From the NCBI GenBank assembly GCA_963555985.3, contig OY820591.1:1216001-1280000 (forward strand): a stretch of DNA of 64,000 nt. The letters run 5' to 3'. Both the position numbers and the translations under genes were made by a program. Positions 18,199-27,876 of this stretch are shown here, in pieces. Under the pieces are notes generated by a model. That model searched no databases, was not told where the DNA came from, and saw nothing but the letters and a program-made list of their open reading frames with translations. Each line of letters opens with the position of its first letter. Positions within the stretch are counted from its first letter, which is position 1. Origin of the DNA: Dehalococcoidia bacterium. GTDB taxonomy: Bacteria; Chloroflexota; Dehalococcoidia; Bin125.

Positions 18199-18693
18199 CT
18201 ACTTGTAGCGGCGGCCGCGCTGGTCGCGGCTGCGCTGGCTTTGGTACTCGTAGATCGGCACGCCGTAGCCGCATGAGGTCTGGGTGGCTTCGACCGTGAT
18301 CTCGATCACCTGACGTTCAGGTGTGGGCATTTCGATGCTTCGCAAGTCTTCGGCGAGATGGGCGAGCAGCGATTCCTCCAGCGGCTTGGCGCAGGCGCTG
18401 CCGTAGAGCCGGACGATCGCAGCGTCCTCGTCGAAGGACGTGACCATCACCGTGATTGGGCCGCCGCCTGCGGTGTGGCGCGCGGTTTCGTTGCCGCTGC
18501 CGCGATAGTCGAAGTAGGCGAGGGTGTGCTGGTCGATCACGTGGAGGTCGGCTGCGCCTTTCGGGGAGAGGTTGACCGCTCCCTCGCCATTCGGCCCGGG
18601 TCCAAGCTCCGGGTCGGCGGAGGCGACGAAGAAGACCTTTGAGGCTCGGATCAGGTCGGCTTGTTCGTCGGTGATGTGGTCAATCATCGGCAT
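18199..18693 (-). CDS. Pyridoxamine 5'-phosphate oxidase-like FMN-binding protein
   Basis: VFFVASA, VNLSPKG, GSGNETARH, QTSCGYGVP. Confidence 0.85.
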   Translation of the reverse strand: MPMIDHITDEQADLIRASKVFFVASADPELGPGPNGEGAVNLSPKGAADLHVIDQHTLAYFDYRGSGNETARHTAGGGPITVMVTSFDEDAAIVRLYGSACAKPLEESLLAHLAEDLRSIEMPTPERQVIEITVEATQTSCGYGVPIYEYQSQRSRDQRGRRYK

Positions 18694-18697
18694 GGAG

Positions 18698-19159
18698 TTA
18701 GCGCTTTCGTTTGCGGGCGTCGCGGTAGGTGCGGCCGAGTAGTCGGGCTGCGCCGCGGAAAGTGGTTTCTGCTTCCCGTTGGGCTTGCTTCATCAGCTGT
18801 TGAGTATCCGGGCGCTTGGGCTGCATGGCCTCGATCAGCTCGTCGAAGTGCTGTTGGTCGGACTCGGCGAGCTGGGCGAACCAGTTGGTCGCCGCTGTCG
18901 GCCCGGCGCTCTGGAATTCGAGGAACACGTTGGTGAGCGCGTTGATCGCGGGGTCGTTCCCGCGCAGCCGCGCCCAGAGCTGTTGATAGGCGTCCGGGCG
19001 CGCTTGCTGAAATGGTCCGGCGAGCCAGATCAGGAAGCGGCGGCGGTCTTCGTCGCGGGTGGCGGGGGTAGTCAGCCGCTGCGCGATCTGGGAGGCGACT
19101 TGCGGGGCGGCTGTGCCGGCGATCACACGAGCTGCTTGGCGGACGAGGAAGTGGGACAT
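18698..19159 (-). CDS. Hypothetical protein
   Basis: 153-aa helical ORF tightly packed between co-oriented genes. Confidence 0.7.
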   Translation of the reverse strand: MSHFLVRQAARVIAGTAAPQVASQIAQRLTTPATRDEDRRRFLIWLAGPFQQARPDAYQQLWARLRGNDPAINALTNVFLEFQSAGPTAATNWFAQLAESDQQHFDELIEAMQPKRPDTQQLMKQAQREAETTFRGAARLLGRTYRDARKRKR

Positions 19160-19182
19160 GCAGTCAAGATACTAAGCGCTGC

Positions 19183-19935
19183 TCAGAGGCGCGCGTTCCA
19201 GGATGTCCAGGTTGCACGAGTGAGGCGTTCGAGGTTGCCGCGTTCGAGCGAGGCGACGGCGATGTCCCAGTTGCCGCCGTCGTGGAGATGGAAGGCGATA
19301 CAGTCGAGATTTGTAGGGTGGGGCGCAGGAGCACCGGCGGGGGTTGGGAGGTGACGGAGTTCGGAGATGGCGTCGTCAGGATGGATGATGGTGAGTGCGA
19401 TGTTGCGGACGAAGATGATGTCGCCGTCGGCGGCGATGGCAGGGGATTTGTCTGCGGGGTTGTGCGTGCGTTGGGTGACGACTCCCGATTGCAGGTCGAG
19501 TGCGCAGATGCCGCGCCGGCTGAAGGCGATGGTCGTTCCGTCGGGCGACCAATGGGGCTGTTCGGCATCGCGGAGGATGAGAGATTCGGAGCCGTCGAGT
19601 TCGCGGATGTAGAGGTCGCGGTCGCGGATGAAGGCGAGCCGCAGATCGGGCGACCATGCGGCGTGACTCGCGTTGGCGGCGACGATAGTTCGCTCGTCTC
19701 CGTTGAGGCTGACGACTTCAATGCGGTGATTGCGCTCGATTGCGATGCGGCGGCCATCGGGCGACCAGGCCGGATCGTCTGCGGTTGCGCCTGAAGTGAG
19801 GCGCTCGATGTCGCCGCCGGCGGCGTCCATCACATAGAGGTCCCAACCCTCGGCGCGGTTGCTGAGGAAGGCGATGCGGTTGCCGTCGGGCGACCAGCTC
19901 GGCGACATGCCGTTGGCGGCGGAGATCAGTTCCAT
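19183..19935 (-). CDS. TolB-like beta-propeller protein (PD40 repeats)
   Basis: Repeated P.WSPDG motifs; start taken at MELISA. Confidence 0.85.
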   Translation of the reverse strand: MELISAANGMSPSWSPDGNRIAFLSNRAEGWDLYVMDAAGGDIERLTSGATADDPAWSPDGRRIAIERNHRIEVVSLNGDERTIVAANASHAAWSPDLRLAFIRDRDLYIRELDGSESLILRDAEQPHWSPDGTTIAFSRRGICALDLQSGVVTQRTHNPADKSPAIAADGDIIFVRNIALTIIHPDDAISELRHLPTPAGAPAPHPTNLDCIAFHLHDGGNWDIAVASLERGNLERLTRATWTSWNARL

Positions 19936-19951
19936 GTGCGGTACGGTAGAG

Positions 19952-20464
19952 GTGGTGGGTAATTTCCGACACTTCACGGTCACCGCGTTCGTCTCGATGG
20001 CGGGCTGCACGCTCCTACACTGGCATCGCAAGGTGGGTTTGTGGCTGCCGCCCGGCGGTCACATTGAGCCGAACGAAACCCCTGTGGAGGCGGTCGTGCG
20101 GGAGGCGTTGGAGGAGACCGGGATGCGGGTTGAGATCGTGCCCACGGTACCGGCGTTCCCGTATGCCGATCCGCCGCAGTTGCCGCCTCCGGCGACGATC
20201 ATGGTTGAGCCGATCCGGGCCTATGGCGGTGATCCCGCGCACCATCACATGGACCTGATCTATTTCACTCGTCCCCGCGACCAAGCCGATGGGGAGCTGC
20301 CGGACGCGCCGGACGGCTCGTGGAGATGGATCATGCGGGCCGAGCTGAAGGATGACGCGCCGCAGACGTTTGCAGACGTCTCGGCGCGCGTCTCGGAGGA
20401 TGTGCGACTGCTGGGGATGGCGGCGATTGACCATGTGACGCGATTTGAGGAGACGCGAGCGTGA
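19952..20464 (+). CDS. NUDIX hydrolase (start uncertain)
   Basis: RHFTVTAFV, PGGHIEPNETPVEAVVREALEETG Nudix box. Confidence 0.9.
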   Translation: MVGNFRHFTVTAFVSMAGCTLLHWHRKVGLWLPPGGHIEPNETPVEAVVREALEETGMRVEIVPTVPAFPYADPPQLPPPATIMVEPIRAYGGDPAHHHMDLIYFTRPRDQADGELPDAPDGSWRWIMRAELKDDAPQTFADVSARVSEDVRLLGMAAIDHVTRFEETRA

Positions 20465-21723
20465 TTTCTGCGCAGATGATTCGGGAGCATTCGGAGGTCA
20501 TTCGGCGTTCGCTGGAGCGGCGTCGGGCCGAGGCTCCGCTGGACAAGGCGATTCAGGTAGACCGGCAACGGCGCGCAGTACTGGTCGAGCTAGAGGAGTT
20601 GCGGGCCGCGCGGAACAGCGCGGGCCGCGCGATCGGCAAGGCGAAAGACAACGAAGAGCGTCAGCGGCTGATCGCGGCACAGCGTGAGTCGGCAACGCGG
20701 ATTGACGAGCTTGAGGAGCAGCTGCGAGTGAGCGAGGCGTCGCTTCATTCGCTCCTGAGCGAGATTCCCAACGTCGTCGGCGACGACACACCGGACGGTG
20801 AGGACGAAGACTCGAATGTCGTCGTGCGCGAGTGGGGGAAGCGGCGTGTCTTCGATTTCGAGCCGAAGCCGCACTGGGAGATTGGGGAGCAGTTGGGGAT
20901 CATTGACATTGAGCGCGCGGCGGCGATGTCGGGGTCTCGGATGTATGCGTTGCGCGGGGCCGGGGCGCGGTTGCAGCGGGCGCTGATCGGGTGGTTTCTG
21001 GATACGCACGGCGCTTCGGGATATGAGGAGTGCTACGTGCCGGCGATGGTGCGCGAGGACGCGATGCGGGCCTCGGGACAGTTGCCGAAGTTCCGCGACA
21101 ATCTCTACCGCGACGAGGAGGAGGACTACTACTTTGTTCCGACCGCCGAGGTGCCGCTGACCAATATGCACGCGGACGAGATTCTGAGCGAAGCTGATCT
21201 ACCGATTCGCTATGCAGCGCACACGCCCTGTTTTCGGCGAGAGAAGGCGAGCGCGGGTCGGGATGTGCGCGGGATCAAGCGGGTGCATCAATTCGAGAAG
21301 GTGGAGATGTATCAGTTCACTGCGCCGGAAGCGTCGGCGGGCGCGCTGGACAAGATGCTGGCACAAGCGGAGTCGTTGCTGCAAGGGCTTGAATTGGATT
21401 ACCGCGTGCTGCAGATCTGCAGCGGCGACATTGGCTTCAGCGCGTCGGTCTCCTATGACCTTGAGATTTGGGCGCCGGGGGCGCAGGAGTGGCTTGAAGT
21501 CTCGAGTGTGTCGAACTGCACCGATTTTCAGGCTCGGCGGGCGAACATTCGCTATCGGCCGGCGGAGGGCAAAGGCACGAAGTTCGTTCACACCTTGAAT
21601 GGCTCAGGCCTGGCCCTGCCCCGGACGATCGCGGCGTTGTTGGAGAACGGCCAACAGTCGGACGGGTCGGTGATCCTGCCTGAGGTGTTGGCAACGCGGA
21701 TGGGTTCGCGTGTCATCGCTTGA
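20461..21723 (+). CDS. serS: Serine--tRNA ligase
   Basis: PTAEVP, CFRREK, RVHQFEKVE, EVSSVSNCTDFQARR, HTLNGSGLA. Confidence 0.98.
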   Translation: MISAQMIREHSEVIRRSLERRRAEAPLDKAIQVDRQRRAVLVELEELRAARNSAGRAIGKAKDNEERQRLIAAQRESATRIDELEEQLRVSEASLHSLLSEIPNVVGDDTPDGEDEDSNVVVREWGKRRVFDFEPKPHWEIGEQLGIIDIERAAAMSGSRMYALRGAGARLQRALIGWFLDTHGASGYEECYVPAMVREDAMRASGQLPKFRDNLYRDEEEDYYFVPTAEVPLTNMHADEILSEADLPIRYAAHTPCFRREKASAGRDVRGIKRVHQFEKVEMYQFTAPEASAGALDKMLAQAESLLQGLELDYRVLQICSGDIGFSASVSYDLEIWAPGAQEWLEVSSVSNCTDFQARRANIRYRPAEGKGTKFVHTLNGSGLALPRTIAALLENGQQSDGSVILPEVLATRMGSRVIA

Positions 21724-22582
21724 CCGCTACCGAGAGGCGAATCGCGCTCGCTGGGACGAGTCGGTCGCGGTTCATGCCGCGTCGGAGTTCTACGGAGTGG
21801 AGCGCTTCCTGGCGGGCGAATCGACGCTGCTGCCGCTTGATTTGGAGGAAGTGGGGGACGTATCAGGGAAATCGCTGCTGCATTTGCAGTGCCACTTTGG
21901 GCTTGACACGTTGTCGTGGTCGCGGTTGGGGGCGTCGGTGGTCGGCGTCGATTTCGCGCCTTCGGCAGTCGCAACCGCGCGCGAACTGGCTGGACGGGCG
22001 GGATTGTCGGCCGAGTTCGTGGAGTCGGAACTGTACGCCTCGCCCGCTGTTTTGGCAGATCGAGTTGGGACGTTCGACATCGTATACGTGAATCTTGGCG
22101 CGCTGTGCTGGCTACCCGATGTGGCTGGTTGGGCGCAGGTCTGCGCGGGATTCCTGAAGGACGGCGGAACGCTATACCTGCGAGACGTGCATCCGACGAC
22201 GTTCTCCCTGGACGACGAAGCGCCCACTGGCGAGTTGCGCCTGCGCTATCCCTACTTCGGGACTGACGAGCCGCTGACCTGGAGCGGCGACGGCGATTAC
22301 GCGGACTCAACAGCGACGTTTGAGCACCAAACTACGTATGAATGGAATCACAGTCTGGGCGAGATCGTCACGGCCATCATCGATGCGGGCTGCGGCATCG
22401 ACTTCTTGCACGAGCAGGATTGGACGGTCTATCCGGCCTTGCCCTGGATGGTGGAGACCGAGCCCGGCGTATGGCGCTTGCCGGACGGAGATCAGCGCTT
22501 GCCGCTGATGTTCTCAGTGCGGGCGCGCAACCTGGCTAGTCGTCGAGCCGGCTCGGATTCACCTGCTACCGTCACTCCGTGA
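21710..22582 (+). CDS. Class I SAM-dependent methyltransferase
   Basis: LLHLQCHFGLDTLSW, GALCWLPD, YEWNH. Confidence 0.9.
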   Translation: MSSLDRYREANRARWDESVAVHAASEFYGVERFLAGESTLLPLDLEEVGDVSGKSLLHLQCHFGLDTLSWSRLGASVVGVDFAPSAVATARELAGRAGLSAEFVESELYASPAVLADRVGTFDIVYVNLGALCWLPDVAGWAQVCAGFLKDGGTLYLRDVHPTTFSLDDEAPTGELRLRYPYFGTDEPLTWSGDGDYADSTATFEHQTTYEWNHSLGEIVTAIIDAGCGIDFLHEQDWTVYPALPWMVETEPGVWRLPDGDQRLPLMFSVRARNLASRRAGSDSPATVTP

Positions 22583-23190
22583 TCTTGCGACGACTCTTCC
22601 GACGTGGACCTGACCGCCAGCAGAGCGAGGCGATGATCGAAATCCTCGCACAGCGCAGCGTGGAAGCTCGGATGGCGATCGGGCATGAGGCGATCGTTCG
22701 AGCCGCTCAGTTGCCGGCAGGTTCACGCGCGCATGTGGTACTCGAACTGCGCGCCGCTCCGCTCACACACATGCTGGTGACGCGGATTGCGGGCGACGCG
22801 GCCGGGCACAGCGGCCGAATGGTGATAATTGGCGCACATCTGCTCCTCGACCGAGTCGCCCTGCCCGAGCGCTGGCCGCGCAGTTGGTCTGTGCCCGTTC
22901 GCGCGCACCCGGTTGAGCCTCCAGGCGGACTTGGCGCGCCGCGCGAGTTTGAATGGGAGGCGGCGGACGCGACAGATCATGCCGCCCGGACGATCGTGGA
23001 GCTCCTAAATGCCAATGAGCGAGTCCAGCGCCGGGTGATCGGTGTGCTGCGAGAACAGTCGACGATGCAGTTTGAGTTGGTTCCCAGCGGCCACTACCTG
23101 CGCATCGCCGTCCACCAATTTGGCCGCGAACTGCCCGATCCAACCGCAGTCGAAGCGTTAATCACGGTGGGGCGCGCTATCGCCGAGTGA
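22579..23190 (+). CDS. Hypothetical protein
   Basis: GTGA overlap with upstream gene; fills the gap to the tRNA; no recognisable motif. Confidence 0.6.
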   Translation: MILRRLFRRGPDRQQSEAMIEILAQRSVEARMAIGHEAIVRAAQLPAGSRAHVVLELRAAPLTHMLVTRIAGDAAGHSGRMVIIGAHLLLDRVALPERWPRSWSVPVRAHPVEPPGGLGAPREFEWEAADATDHAARTIVELLNANERVQRRVIGVLREQSTMQFELVPSGHYLRIAVHQFGRELPDPTAVEALITVGRAIAE

Positions 23191-23222
23191 GACGGACGGA
23201 CGTTCAGAAGCCGGTATCCAGT

Positions 23223-23312
23223 TGGCGGAGGGGGAGGGATTCGAACCCCCGAGACGCTTGCGCGCCTAACGGTTTTCAAGACCGCCGCCTTCGTCCGCTC
23301 GGCCACCCCTCC
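23223..23312 (-). tRNA. tRNA-Ser (anticodon TGA), CCA encoded
   Basis: GGAGGGGTGGCCGAGCGG...GCGGT-CTTGAAA-ACCGT...long variable arm...GGTTCGAATCC...CCCCTCCGCCA. Confidence 0.97.
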
Positions 23313-23400
23313 GTGCGATTCAGCGTACCAACTCACACGAACGCGGAACTGCCCCGGTCAGTGCGACCGGGGCGGTGTTGTGGCCTGGTTGCCACGGGAT

Positions 23401-23430
23401 CGAGATTCCCGCGTTCGCGGGAATGACGGA
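23401..23430. repeat. CGTC-tagged REP palindrome
   Basis: CGAGATTCCCGCGTTCGCGGGAATGACGGA, same family as 8194 and 9361. Confidence 0.85.
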
Positions 23431-23445
23431 ACCCTGGGCGAGACC

Positions 23446-24531
23446 CTAGAAGCTGGTGAGGACGGTTCGGGCGACCTCGCCGGCTTTCATGGCGCGGAAG
23501 GCTTCGTTGATGTCCTCGAGCGGCGCGGTGACGCTGACCATCTCGTCGAGCATGAGGCGGCCCTGGCGGTAGTACTCGACGAGGTTGGGCATGTCGGTAC
23601 GGAAGCGGTTGCTGCCCATGCTCGAGCCCTGGAGCACCTTCTCGGAGAGCAATTCGTGCGCGGGGATCTCCAGTGTTTGGCCGAGCGGGACCATGCCGAT
23701 GATCGTGGCCACGCCGCCGCGCTTGATCGCGGCGAAGCACTGCTCGGCGACGGTCTTGAGACCGATCGCCTCGAACGAGAAGTCTACGCCCTCGCCGTCG
23801 GTCATGTCCTGGATCTGGGCGACCGGGTCGCCGCTGGAGGCGTCGACTGAGTGTGTTGCGCCAAGTTCCCGAGCCAGCGCGAGCTTGTGCTCGTGCAAGT
23901 CGACGGCGATGATCTGCTTCGCCCCGGCGATCCGCGCGCCCTGGATGGCGGAAAGGCCGACGCCGCCGGCGCCGAATACGGCGACCGTGCTGCCGTGGTG
24001 CACTTTGGCGGTATTCATGGCCGCGCCGGCGCCGGTCATTACGCCGCAGCCGATCAGCGCAGCCTTGTCGAGCGGCATCTCGTCATCGACATAGACGAGC
24101 GCGTTCTCGTGGACGAGGGTGTACTCGGCGTAGGTGGAGAGGTTGGCGAACTGGGCGACCGGGTTGCCATTCCACGACAGGCGCGGGTCCTCGTCGGGTC
24201 GGCGCTGGGTTTCAGGGCTGCGGCAAAGGTTGGGTCGGCCGCTGAGGCAGTAGGAGCAGTTGCCGCAGAAGACGGAGAGGCACATGATGACGTGGTCGCC
24301 GGCCTTGAACTGCTGCACGAGTTCGCCGACTTCCTCAACGATGCCTGCCGCCTCATGTCCGAGGATGCCGGGCGCCTGGAAGGGGTAGAGGCCTTCGACG
24401 AAGTGGAGGTCGGAGTGGCAGACGCCCGAGGCGGCGGTCTTGACCAGCACTTCGCGCGGGCCGGGCTTGGAGACGTCAACGTCTTCGATGGTGAGATCCT
24501 GGTGGGGTCCGTGGAAGACCGCTGCTTTCAT
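23446..24531 (-). CDS. Zn-dependent alcohol dehydrogenase (MDR, class III-like)
   Basis: GVCHSD, LGHEAAG, CGNCSYC..C, GAGGVG. Confidence 0.95.
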   Translation of the reverse strand: MKAAVFHGPHQDLTIEDVDVSKPGPREVLVKTAASGVCHSDLHFVEGLYPFQAPGILGHEAAGIVEEVGELVQQFKAGDHVIMCLSVFCGNCSYCLSGRPNLCRSPETQRRPDEDPRLSWNGNPVAQFANLSTYAEYTLVHENALVYVDDEMPLDKAALIGCGVMTGAGAAMNTAKVHHGSTVAVFGAGGVGLSAIQGARIAGAKQIIAVDLHEHKLALARELGATHSVDASSGDPVAQIQDMTDGEGVDFSFEAIGLKTVAEQCFAAIKRGGVATIIGMVPLGQTLEIPAHELLSEKVLQGSSMGSNRFRTDMPNLVEYYRQGRLMLDEMVSVTAPLEDINEAFRAMKAGEVARTVLTSF

Positions 24532-24632
24532 GGTGAGTCCCTTCTAGTCGGCAACTTCTGCATGTCTCGTGCGCACGGAGCGACTGCGCACCGTCGGCGC
24601 GGAGGCAGTCTAGCGGAGGCATTGCAGGAATG

Positions 24633-24719
24633 TGGTACCGGGAGCGGGGATCGAACCCACACGGCCCGCAGGCCAACGGATTTTAAGTCCGCCGCGTCTA
24701 CCAATTTCGCCATCCCGGC
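24633..24719 (-). tRNA. tRNA-Leu (anticodon TAA), CCA encoded
   Basis: GCCGGGATGGCGAAATTGGTAGACGC...GCGGA-CTTAAAA-TCCGT...GGTTCGATCC...CCCGGTACCA. Confidence 0.97.
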
Positions 24720-24777
24720 CTGCTTGCGACGATACTGGTCGGCACGTTCGCCGACCATACGACTGACGGATCGCGGG

Positions 24778-27240
24778 TCAACGCTCGGTCGTCCAGGTGA
24801 TCATTGCTCCGTCGGAACGCAGGCTGACGGTTCCGCGCTCTGCGGTCGTCAGGACGGCGACGCCAGACTGATTCAGGGTTTCGATCGTTTCGGGATGCGG
24901 ATGACCGTGCGGGTTGTCCGCTCCGGCGCTGATCACGGCGAGAGTCGGTCTGACGCGATCCAGCAATACCCGCGTAGTGGAGTAGCGACTGCCGTGATGC
25001 GCAACCTTGAGCACGTCGGACCGCAGCAGGCAGGGTTCGGGGCTGGGGGAGCAGGGCTGCTGCACGAGCGTGATTTCCTGCTCTGCGCCAATATCCGCCG
25101 CGAAGAGGAAAGCAGCATCGCCGTAGCGCAGTCTGAGGACGAGACCGAGCGTGTTCGGATCGCTTACGGCATCGACAGCGGCGTCAGCAGCGCTCGGCGG
25201 CCAGAGGACATCGAGCATCAAAGGGTGCGGATCGCCAGCGAACGCGATCTGCATTCCGGCTTCGATCGGGTTCAGGGGAATTGATCGGTCTCGCGCAGTA
25301 CGGGTGAGGCTGCGACCCAGTGCGGTCTGTTCCAGGTGGGGCGATGCGGCAAGTCTTCCGATGTCGTAACGCTCCAGCAACGCCCAAGTCGCTTCGGCGT
25401 GATCGGATTGGGGATGTGTGACGACGACGAGATCGATCCGCTTCGATCCGGGAGGCAGATGAGTTCGCAAAGCTGCGAGCAGCGCGTCGGCCTGCCGGCC
25501 GGTGTCGATCAGGATGGTCTGTCGATCGGGTGTGACGATCAGCGCGGCGTCGCCTTGACCTACATCGATGAAGTGAATCGCGAGTTCTTCGTCGCGATCC
25601 AGCGCAGTGAGCCAGAGGGTGATTGCGACTGCGATCAAGGCTGCGGTTGCCGCGAGCGGGGCGAGCAGGCGGCGGATGGGCGACGTTGCGGCGCGATCGG
25701 TCGCGTCCCGCCGAGTGCGATGCCAGCGGGCGACGACTTCTCGACGCGGACGCACAGCCGCCGCGAGCATGGCGATGTAGATCACCACAGCGTGGATTGC
25801 GCCGAAGTCTTTGACTGATTGGGCGGCGCCGGGAATCTGCGCGCCTTGCTCAGCTACCAAGCGGAGCCACGAGAGCGGCAGCCAGGCCGCGGGCCAGCTG
25901 ACGATTCCTGCGATGGCGCCGGAGAGAAGGCCAATGATTCCTACGGCGAACGCGCCGAGGAACATCCAGGCAAAGAGCGGCGCGACGATGATGTTGGCCG
26001 CCAGTCCGATCAGCGACACGCGCTGAAAGTGGAGCGCGATCAGCGGCATCGTCGCCAGCATCGCGATCAGGCTGACGAGTGCAACTGCGCGAATTGCGCC
26101 TCCGAAGCCCTCAATGCCGGCAAGCTGCCGCTGCATGAGCGAAGGCATGAGCAAGACCAGACCGAGTGTGCCCGCCAGGGTCAACTGGAACGAGACGTCG
26201 CGCAGGATCTGGGGCTCCAGGGCGATCATTACGCCCGCTGCGACGGCAATTGCGTCGAGTGCCGCTGAGCCTCGACCGAGCATGTGCGCCGAGGTAAAGA
26301 CGAGCGCCATTCCCAAGGCGCGGATGACCGGCGGGTCACCGCCGGCGAAGCCCGCATATGCAAGCGCCGCGACGATAGCGAGCGCCGCCGAAGGGTGACG
26401 GCCGAGCAGCCAACTAGTCGCAGTCATGACGATTGCGGTCAGGAGGGTGAGGTTGGCACCGGAGACCACGATTAGGTGCGAGAGGGAGGTTGTGTTCAGG
26501 TCGTCACGGAGAGGTCGGTCGATTGCGCCTCGGTCGCCCGTGACCATGCCTTGCGCCAGGCCGGCGAGCGGGGGCGACAGTGCGTCTTGCAGGGAGCGAT
26601 TGACGGCTGTGCGTGATTCGTGGAAGGCGGTTCGCCACCAGCTTGGCTGCTTGCGCCCGACGACTGCCACGTCACCCGGCTCGACGACGCCAACTGCGGC
26701 TACGCCTTGCGCTGCGAGCCAGTTGTGGTAGCCGTCATCATTTCTGTTGATCGCCGTTGAGGTCAGTCTCGCTGTGACTCGGAGACGATCTCCAGGCTCA
26801 ATCGGAAGGTCGCCGGGTAGTGAGAGCTGTATCTGCTCAGCGATTTGTCTGCGTTCGCCTGCGAGGGTGATTGATTCCGTGCGCAGACGCGCATCGATCC
26901 GCGTGCCGCGAAACACCGGGTCTCCGGCGACGGCGCCGTGCACCGTGACCGGCTGTGCGCCGAAATCGGCGCGGGCGAGGCTGAGCTCGTTCCATTCGGT
27001 CGATTGGGCGCGCCAGACGCCGATCCCGAACAGCGCCGGCGCGAGCAGCAGTAGGACTATGTTGATTCGCCTCAAGCTCGATCCGGGCTCGAGCCGGGAT
27101 GCGCAGACTGCGCCAAACACAGCCGCGGCAAACGCGATAGACGCGATTACCCATTCAGGTGCGCTGCTGAGACCAACTGCGACGCCCAATCCGAAGGCAA
27201 CGGCCCAGATCAGAAGCGGCGGCTGATAGAGGCGATTCAC
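24778..27240 (-). CDS. comEC: DNA internalization competence protein ComEC/Rec2
   Basis: SHLIVVSGAN, SFQL, FIDVGQGDA, THPQSDH, KVAHHGS, NPHGHP. Confidence 0.95.
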   Translation of the reverse strand: MNRLYQPPLLIWAVAFGLGVAVGLSSAPEWVIASIAFAAAVFGAVCASRLEPGSSLRRINIVLLLLAPALFGIGVWRAQSTEWNELSLARADFGAQPVTVHGAVAGDPVFRGTRIDARLRTESITLAGERRQIAEQIQLSLPGDLPIEPGDRLRVTARLTSTAINRNDDGYHNWLAAQGVAAVGVVEPGDVAVVGRKQPSWWRTAFHESRTAVNRSLQDALSPPLAGLAQGMVTGDRGAIDRPLRDDLNTTSLSHLIVVSGANLTLLTAIVMTATSWLLGRHPSAALAIVAALAYAGFAGGDPPVIRALGMALVFTSAHMLGRGSAALDAIAVAAGVMIALEPQILRDVSFQLTLAGTLGLVLLMPSLMQRQLAGIEGFGGAIRAVALVSLIAMLATMPLIALHFQRVSLIGLAANIIVAPLFAWMFLGAFAVGIIGLLSGAIAGIVSWPAAWLPLSWLRLVAEQGAQIPGAAQSVKDFGAIHAVVIYIAMLAAAVRPRREVVARWHRTRRDATDRAATSPIRRLLAPLAATAALIAVAITLWLTALDRDEELAIHFIDVGQGDAALIVTPDRQTILIDTGRQADALLAALRTHLPPGSKRIDLVVVTHPQSDHAEATWALLERYDIGRLAASPHLEQTALGRSLTRTARDRSIPLNPIEAGMQIAFAGDPHPLMLDVLWPPSAADAAVDAVSDPNTLGLVLRLRYGDAAFLFAADIGAEQEITLVQQPCSPSPEPCLLRSDVLKVAHHGSRYSTTRVLLDRVRPTLAVISAGADNPHGHPHPETIETLNQSGVAVLTTAERGTVSLRSDGAMITWTTER

Positions 27241-27662
27241 TCCGCTGTGCGGTCTTGGTAGATCGCGGCGACTCTACGCAGCTCGATTGCGTCGTCTGCA
27301 CGCAGCAGGCCGTGGTCAATCAGTTCAGCGAACGATCGCAGAGGGCGATCCTGTCTGGCGGCGACGATCTTTCTTGCGATTGCGGGGCCGATCCGGGGCA
27401 GCGCTTCGAGTTCGGGAAGGGTGGCGCGATTGAGGTCGACCAGCGTTGCAGCGCCCGGCTCGGTTGGGAGCGCAGCTACTCGGATCGTTGGGCTACTGGG
27501 CGAAACCGTTTGATTGATTGCCACCGCGGCGAGGCCGCTCGCAGCCGCGATGAAGGCGAGGGTGACACAGGCCAACGTCAATGCACTGCGGTGCGAGGAT
27601 CGTTCCTCACTTCCGGATCGATCCGGTCGAGGTCGGCGCGTCTTGCCAAATGGGAACTGCAT
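27237..27662 (-). CDS. comEA: ComEA-like helix-hairpin-helix DNA-binding protein
   Basis: N-terminal TM, VDLNRATLPELEALPRIGPAIARKIV; 4-nt overlap with comEC. Confidence 0.8.
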   Translation of the reverse strand: MQFPFGKTRRPRPDRSGSEERSSHRSALTLACVTLAFIAAASGLAAVAINQTVSPSSPTIRVAALPTEPGAATLVDLNRATLPELEALPRIGPAIARKIVAARQDRPLRSFAELIDHGLLRADDAIELRRVAAIYQDRTAE

Positions 27663-27713
27663 GATCGGGATGGCGGTGGTTTACGGCTGCCGCGAAGGAG
27701 CGCCTCGCGGCGG

Positions 27714-27743
27714 TTGACAGAATGACTTCGGCCATAACATAAC
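27714..27743 (+). promoter_or_regulatory. Candidate sigma70 promoter for the argF-cdaA run
   Basis: Consensus TTGACA followed by TAACAT/CATAAC at 15/18-nt spacing in an AT-richer patch. Confidence 0.4.
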
Positions 27744-27876
27744 TACTCTCAGCACATGGCTGCGCGAATGGGTGGGTGGACGGCGATCCGGTTCCTGTTC
27801 GTTCTGCGGCGACGCTGAGATCGCGGGGTACAGTGCGAATGTCGGAAAGGCATTGCCTGGAGGAGATGGGGCTGAG

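Noticed and set aside
23223-23312. tRNA with TGA anticodon as tRNA-Sec
   Set aside because: Anticodon TGA reads Ser (UCA); tRNA-Sec has anticodon TCA and a longer acceptor stem
23223-24719. tRNA-anchored genomic island at tRNA-Ser or tRNA-Leu
   Set aside because: No integrase and no duplicated tRNA 3' end noticed
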